Source of the DNA: a virus
Lineage: Duplodnaviria; Caudoviricetes
Virus record (IMG/VR): IMGVR_UViG_3300048902_000103
Coordinates: 1-27,210 of that record
Length of the DNA: 27,210 nt
Direction: 5' to 3' (one strand)
The notes under the pieces are model-generated. The model was not told the DNA's origin. It was given only the letters and a program-made list of their open reading frames with translations, and made no database searches. The position numbers and the translations under genes are program-made. Shown here piece after piece: positions 22,045 to 27,210 of the stretch. Every line of letters starts with the position of its first letter. Within the stretch, counting starts at the first letter, position 1.

Positions 22045-24278
22045 TGGATGTCCCGTGGCGGCGTGATTTCGACGCCGCCCGTGATCCCTACACCGCAAGA
22101 AACGCGCTCGGGATCACGTCGACCGGCGGCAGCGGCGGTGGCGCTCCCACCAGTGCGGAGTATATCACTGCAACTGCCGATCCGACGCTGACCGCCGAGC
22201 GGGTGCTGACCAACACGGCGTCAATAACCTGGGACTTCTCGACGCCTGGCGAGGCCAAGGCCAGCACGACCGCCGGCGGCGGCAATGTCAGCAATTCCGG
22301 TACGCCCACATCAGGGCAGTATGCCCGTTGGGTGACGGCTACGACCATTGCCGGAGTGGCGCCGGCGACAGTGCTTTCCGACATTGGGGGGGCGCCGCTG
22401 GCTTCGCCAACCTTCACCGGCGATCCAAAAGCACCGACACCGGCGACCGCAGATAACGACACCTCGATCGCCACCACCGCCTATGTGCAGGCGCAAGGCT
22501 ATCTGACTACCGCAACCGCAACGGCAACCTATCAGCCACTCGATGCTGATCTGACCGCAATTGCCGCGCTGACTGGCACAAACACAATCTTCTATCGGTC
22601 TGCCAGCAATGTTTGGTCGCCGGTTGTTGTCTCAACCGGGCTTTCGTTCAGCGGCGGTAATCTGACCAATACGGTTAGCACGGCGGGCTTGGCACCACTC
22701 GCCAGCCCGGTATTCACCGGCGATCCGCAGGCGCCGACGCCGGCCACGGCTGACAGCGATACTTCGATCGCCACGACTGCATTTGTCAAAGCACAAGGTT
22801 ATGTCACCGGCGGCCCATTCCAAGCACAAGATGCCACGCTTACCGCGCTTGCTGCCTACAACACCAACGGTCTGCTGACGCAGACGGCGGCCGACACCTT
22901 CACCGGCCGCACCATCACCGGCCCGGCGGCCGGCATCACGGTCAGCAACGGCAACGGCGTAGCTGGCAATCCGACGCTGGCGCTGGCCAATGATCTGGCG
23001 GCGCTGGAAGCGCTCGCCGGCACCAACACGATCTACTATCGCAACGGCGTCGACAGTTGGGCCGCTGTCAACGTTTCAACCGGGCTATCGTTTTCGGGCG
23101 GCAATCTAACCGCCACCGGCAGCGGCGGCAATGTCAGCAATTCCGGTACGCCCACATCAGGGCAGTATGCCCGTTGGGTGACGGCAACCACGATCCAGGG
23201 TGTCGCGCCGGCGACAGTGTTGAGCGACATCGGCGCGGCGCCGATCGGCGCGGAATACGTCACGTCGACGGCTGACGCGACACTGACCAGCGAGCGCGTG
23301 CTCACCGACACTGCGACGGTGACATGGGACAGAACGACTGCAGGACAGATCAAGGCAAATGCGGTGGCTGGTGGCACCGCTACCCCCGTCCCGCCGCAAG
23401 GCCGGCTGACGCTGCAGACCGCCACACCGGTGATGGTCACGACGCAATCGGCAAAGACGACGATCTATTACACGCCATATGTTGGTGATCAGGTGCCGAT
23501 CTATAACGGCACCACCATGACGCCAACAACGTTCACGGAATTGAGCGTTGCCACCACCGACACCACCAAAAGCCCCGCTGCCATCGGCGTATCAAAGGTC
23601 AACGATTGGTTCGTGTGGAATGATGCGGGCACGATCCGACTAGGACATGGCCCCGATTGGACCAGCGACACGGCGCGATCTGCCGGCACCGCGCTAACAA
23701 TGGTCAACGGCATTCTGCTCAACAATGCCGCGATCACCAACGGGCCGGCGGCTTCGCGCGGCACCTATGTCGGCACCACGCGCAGCAATGCGTCGTCGCA
23801 ACTCGATTGGATATTCGGGGGCGTCAATGCCGGCGGAACACCGGGATTTTTCGGTGTATGGAATGCCTATAATCGCATAGATGTGGCGTCGTTGACCAAG
23901 GACAGTACCGACTCGTGGACTTATGCCACCGCTGCCTGGCGGTCATCCAATGGTAGCGCCAACATGCGAGCGAGCTACGTGTGTGGGCTTGGCGAAGATA
24001 CGTTTGGCGCCCGGTTCTATTGTCCGGTCAGCGGCACTGGCGGCGGCTCCATTGGAGTTGGGTTTGATACTGCTCTGAATTATTCAGGCACGACAAGTCA
24101 GGTGAACCAGGCAACATTTGCAACGTGTATCGGTGAAGCCATAGGTTTGGGTTTAGGTTTTCATTTCTTCCAGGCGCTTGAATATGCAGTGACCGGAGCA
24201 ACAGCGACTACATTTTATGGCGACCAAGGCGTCGGCATCAATCAACAAAATGGCTTGTTCTTTTATGGAAGAATGTAA
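22044..24278 (+). CDS. Tail fibre protein 1
   Basis: Thr/Ala/Gly-rich. APLASPxFTGxPxAPT...IATTAFV and [11 protein letters not shown] fibre repeats. PQGRLTL-type C-terminal domain. Confidence 0.85.
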   Translation: MDVPWRRDFDAARDPYTARNALGITSTGGSGGGAPTSAEYITATADPTLTAERVLTNTASITWDFSTPGEAKASTTAGGGNVSNSGTPTSGQYARWVTATTIAGVAPATVLSDIGGAPLASPTFTGDPKAPTPATADNDTSIATTAYVQAQGYLTTATATATYQPLDADLTAIAALTGTNTIFYRSASNVWSPVVVSTGLSFSGGNLTNTVSTAGLAPLASPVFTGDPQAPTPATADSDTSIATTAFVKAQGYVTGGPFQAQDATLTALAAYNTNGLLTQTAADTFTGRTITGPAAGITVSNGNGVAGNPTLALANDLAALEALAGTNTIYYRNGVDSWAAVNVSTGLSFSGGNLTATGSGGNVSNSGTPTSGQYARWVTATTIQGVAPATVLSDIGAAPIGAEYVTSTADATLTSERVLTDTATVTWDRTTAGQIKANAVAGGTATPVPPQGRLTLQTATPVMVTTQSAKTTIYYTPYVGDQVPIYNGTTMTPTTFTELSVATTDTTKSPAAIGVSKVNDWFVWNDAGTIRLGHGPDWTSDTARSAGTALTMVNGILLNNAAITNGPAASRGTYVGTTRSNASSQLDWIFGGVNAGGTPGFFGVWNAYNRIDVASLTKDSTDSWTYATAAWRSSNGSANMRASYVCGLGEDTFGARFYCPVSGTGGGSIGVGFDTALNYSGTTSQVNQATFATCIGEAIGLGLGFHFFQALEYAVTGATATTFYGDQGVGINQQNGLFFYGRM
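22276..23185 (+). repeat. 64-bp perfect direct repeat within tail fibre 1
   Basis: 22276-22339 is identical to 23122-23185; the copies are 846 bp apart and in frame. Confidence 0.9.
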
Positions 24279-24677
24279 ATGGACGCTGGGACACTGCACG
24301 ACGCCATCGCTGAGGTCTGTCCGATCACCTCAGTCAGTATCGGAAAGGGCGACGATCGCGCGACATGGAGTTATCAGCCCGAAGCGTCAGCCACGCCGCA
24401 ACAGATCGCGGCGGCCGACAATGTCATTGCTACGATCCCAATCAACCCGAAGACAACGCTTGCAAGCACCGAGTTCATCGGACGGTTCACCAATGCGGAA
24501 TATCGCGCCGCAACAGCGACGACATGGCGGCAGACCGGCGGCAATGCGAAAAATTGGGATGTCGTGGCGTTCGACAGTTCGATCAACTTGAACAAGAAAA
24601 AATGCACGACGCTGAAAACATCGCTCGTGACTGACGGCATTCTGACGCAAGCGCGCGCAGACGAGATATTCAGTTAG
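24279..24677 (+). CDS. Probable tail fibre assembly or chaperone protein
   Basis: Directly follows the fibre gene. F..RFT.AE...L...GILTQARA.EI pattern. Confidence 0.6.
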   Translation: MDAGTLHDAIAEVCPITSVSIGKGDDRATWSYQPEASATPQQIAAADNVIATIPINPKTTLASTEFIGRFTNAEYRAATATTWRQTGGNAKNWDVVAFDSSINLNKKKCTTLKTSLVTDGILTQARADEIFS

Positions 24678-24687
24678 GAACCCTCTC

Positions 24688-26718
24688 ATGCCAAGCCCCG
24701 GTGAAGACATTCAGAGTTGGTCGGTAACGGCTGCAGATAATGGAACGGCCGATCCGTTGATCAATTGGGTCGAGGGGCAAACCCGCGCGTCGGTCAACAA
24801 TTCCTCACGCTCGGAAATGGCCGCGCATGCCAAAGATCGCAATCTGAAAAACGGTTCGATTGTCACTACCGGCACTGCCAACGCGCAGGCATTTCTTTCC
24901 GGGCAGACCTACACGACCATTCCCACCGGTCTGGTGGTCAAGCTTAAGGTCGGATCGGGCCTGACCAACACCAGTTCCGTCACCCTCAACATGGATGGCC
25001 TCGGCGACACGCTGGTCAAAACCTCGAACGGCAGCAATCTTCTGGGCGGGGAGCTGGTCAGCGGGTGCTACACCGATTTCATCTACGACGGGAGTAATTG
25101 GATTTTTCTCTATTCGCAGCAGTTCATTGATGACCAGTTACACGGCGGCGGCGGCGTCGTCATCGGGAAACAGATTTTCAGCACGCCAGGAACGATTTCA
25201 TACGTTCCGACGCCGCAGACGGAATGTTGCATCATCGAATGCGTCGGCGCCGGCGGTGGCGGTGGTGTGGGATTTGGTGCAGCCGGCCTGTACATGATCG
25301 GTGCCGGCGGCGGAAGTGGTGGTTACAGCCGCACATTGGCAACGGCTGCACAGATCGGCGCCTCGCAAACCGTTACCATCGGCGCTGGTGGGGCTGGCGG
25401 CGTCCCGGGGGCATCCCCTTTCAACAATGGGCAACCTGGCGGCGATACCAGCGTCGGCGCGCTGTGCATCGCCAAGGGCGGGCTCGGTGGTGAATTCTCG
25501 GCCTCCATTCCCCAGCAAAATGGCTTGGGCGGCGCCGGGGGGCCTCCCGGTACTGGCGATGTGACTGCGGCTGGCGCTCCCGGCGATGGCGGGTTCTTTA
25601 ATAGCCAAAATAATCAGATCGGTTGTCGTTCTGGCCTGGGCGGCTCCAGCATCATGGGCGGTGGCGCTCCTGGAACGAATGGCGGCAATGGATTTAATGC
25701 CAGCAACTATGGTTCCGGCGGGTCCGGCGGTTCATCGTATGATGGGGTGCCTTACAACGGCGGCGCTGGCACGTCTGGATTTGTCATCATCACCGAGTTT
25801 GCCGGCCGCGGCGCACCGGGGCGTGATGGTCCGCAAGGCCCGATCGGCCCACCTGGGCCGTCAGGATCAGGAACTGGTGACGTGCTGGTGTTTGGCACTC
25901 CGGTGGCTGGGCAAGTCGCCGTCTGGCAAGACACATCGCACATCACCGGAAGAACCTTTGCTTTTGTTCTTCCGAATTACCTCGGTGGCCTGACACTTGC
26001 GAACAACGGTGCATCGCCGTTGAGCAAGCTCGACATCGGGATCGGCGGCGCAGCGTCGGACGACAACGCCGCAATGATGAATTTTTCCACGGCGGGATTT
26101 AACAAGGACTGCACCGCGACCTGGACGGTGGGTTCTGGTGGCGGCGCCCGCGATGCCACCGGCTCGCCGGGGCTGACGGCCAGCACCTGGTATCATGTCT
26201 TTCTGATGATGCGGACGGATACTTTGGTGGTTGATGTGCTGGTGTCGATCAGCGCAACCGCACCGATCTTGCCGTCGCCCTATGACAAGAAACGGCGTAT
26301 TGGTTCGTTCAAGACCAATGCAAGCGCAAACATCATTGCATTCTCTCAGCACGGGGATGAATTTTTATGGCGCGTGCCGATCGGCGAACTCAATAATGTT
26401 TCCGTATTTCCGTCTTTGACGACGGTACTTAGTGGCGTACCAACCGGGGTCAAGGTACGAGCGCGCTTGCGGGGAATAACAACCAACAATGCGGGAGCGT
26501 CCGGTCTAGTTATTGTTTCGCCGGATGAGAGTGGCAATACAGCGCTTGGCAGCCCGGCGGGGAACTTCGACGCGTATATCTCGAACACTAATTTAGTGCA
26601 CGCTTTTAATGTCATCGTAAGAACCAACACGCTCGCTCAGATCATATCGATAACAAGCGGCGGCTCTACGGTCATGTCGCTTTCGTCCTACGGCTGGTTC
26701 GATGAGCGCGGGAAATAG
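24688..26718 (+). CDS. Tail fibre protein 2 (Gly-rich domain, short collagen-like segment)
   Basis: N-terminal WS.TAA.N...EGQ..ASVNNS.R..MA anchor. F..PG..Y.P...VGAGGGGG...G.SG.VII.E Gly-rich domain. GAPGRDGPQGPIGPPGPS segment. TWYHVF...RRIGS C-terminal domain. Confidence 0.8.
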   Translation: MPSPGEDIQSWSVTAADNGTADPLINWVEGQTRASVNNSSRSEMAAHAKDRNLKNGSIVTTGTANAQAFLSGQTYTTIPTGLVVKLKVGSGLTNTSSVTLNMDGLGDTLVKTSNGSNLLGGELVSGCYTDFIYDGSNWIFLYSQQFIDDQLHGGGGVVIGKQIFSTPGTISYVPTPQTECCIIECVGAGGGGGVGFGAAGLYMIGAGGGSGGYSRTLATAAQIGASQTVTIGAGGAGGVPGASPFNNGQPGGDTSVGALCIAKGGLGGEFSASIPQQNGLGGAGGPPGTGDVTAAGAPGDGGFFNSQNNQIGCRSGLGGSSIMGGGAPGTNGGNGFNASNYGSGGSGGSSYDGVPYNGGAGTSGFVIITEFAGRGAPGRDGPQGPIGPPGPSGSGTGDVLVFGTPVAGQVAVWQDTSHITGRTFAFVLPNYLGGLTLANNGASPLSKLDIGIGGAASDDNAAMMNFSTAGFNKDCTATWTVGSGGGARDATGSPGLTASTWYHVFLMMRTDTLVVDVLVSISATAPILPSPYDKKRRIGSFKTNASANIIAFSQHGDEFLWRVPIGELNNVSVFPSLTTVLSGVPTGVKVRARLRGITTNNAGASGLVIVSPDESGNTALGSPAGNFDAYISNTNLVHAFNVIVRTNTLAQIISITSGGSTVMSLSSYGWFDERGK

Positions 26719-27133
26719 CTTGCGGCTGATCCCGATCCCGATCACGCAGGAGTGCCTGACCGCCACCGCATCGCACTGGATGCCGTTTCTGCCATCGATT
26801 GCCAAGCGCTCCAAGCAGACCGTGCAGGAACTGATCCGTCAGGCCGTGCGCGGCGAGGTGCGTATGACCCTGGTGTGGGACGACACGACCAACAAGGCCC
26901 AAGCCCTGGTCGGGGTGAAGATGCACATGCGCGGGCCTGACCTGATTGCGGAAATCGTGTGGGCCACTGGCCGCGATCACAAGGCCTGGATCGACTTATT
27001 GCCTGAACTCGAAGCGATGCTCAAGCAGGCCGGGACGGTGGAATGCCGGCCGATCTGCCGGCCGGGGTGGAGTAAGGCGCTCAAGGCCAGAGGCTACAAG
27101 CTCACGCATTTACAGATGGAAAAGGTGCTCTGA
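26702..27133 (+). CDS. Second GNAT-fold-like virion assembly protein
   Basis: W..G.....W...L.ELE....AG......CRPGW.K.L...GY......EK.L pattern. Lies between the fibres and the ejection protein. Confidence 0.7.
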   Translation: MSAGNSLRLIPIPITQECLTATASHWMPFLPSIAKRSKQTVQELIRQAVRGEVRMTLVWDDTTNKAQALVGVKMHMRGPDLIAEIVWATGRDHKAWIDLLPELEAMLKQAGTVECRPICRPGWSKALKARGYKLTHLQMEKVL

Positions 27134-27210
27134 TGGGATCGAGCAGCAGTCAAACCCCAGTCACCCAGCAAACCACGCAGAACCGAGATCCATGGTCGGC
27201 GGCGCAGCCG
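27133..27210 (+). CDS. Internal virion (ejection) protein, N-terminus (3' truncated)
   Basis: TGATG coupling. MGSSSSQTPVTQQTTQNRDPWSAAQP matches the MG(S/G)...PWxxxQP start seen in podovirus internal proteins. Confidence 0.65.
   Translation, partial: MGSSSSQTPVTQQTTQNRDPWSAAQP

Larger units (their letters stand above)
1..27210. mobile_element. Tailed dsDNA phage or prophage segment with a podovirus-like morphogenesis module
   Basis: Co-oriented terminase, portal, scaffold, capsid, adaptor, nozzle and fibre genes. No tail tube, sheath or baseplate genes. No host housekeeping genes, integrase or att site in the window. Confidence 0.95.

Noticed and set aside
22044-26718. Diversity-generating retroelement or invertible fibre cassette
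   Set aside because: No reverse transcriptase or invertase gene, and no adenine-specific TR/VR pair was seen. The repeats are in the shaft, not at the C-terminal tip.

Overview
This window is about 27 kb of a GC-rich, short-tailed (podovirus-type) dsDNA phage or prophage. An alphaproteobacterial host is my inference from gene style, not something proven here. From left to right it holds: (1) the 3' end of an AAA_25/RepA-type helicase, followed by a cluster of palindromic TRTCCGGAYA repeats (likely origin) and a perfect chromosomal-type parS site; (2) small early genes, an Arc/RHH regulator and a putative late regulator; (3) a short minus-strand accessory island; (4) an unusual 6.5 kb block before the terminase, containing two disordered proteins (one HiPIP-like), a GNAT-like protein, a 1503-aa low-complexity protein with M15-peptidase and 3D-type cell-wall hydrolase motifs, and a 278-aa protein; (5) a morphogenesis operon: terS, terL, P22-like portal, scaffold, major capsid, two paralogous decoration proteins (one fused to a beta-helix), adaptor, nozzle, two tail fibres, a second GNAT-like protein and the start of an ejection protein. 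The three most notable signals are a shared C-terminal tag (hydrophobic-x-I-G-x-K-x-Y) on four otherwise unrelated proteins, four tandem covarying H-type pseudoknots in the scaffold leader, and tandem parS sites next to the putative origin. All product calls come from motif recognition and gene order; no database search was run.
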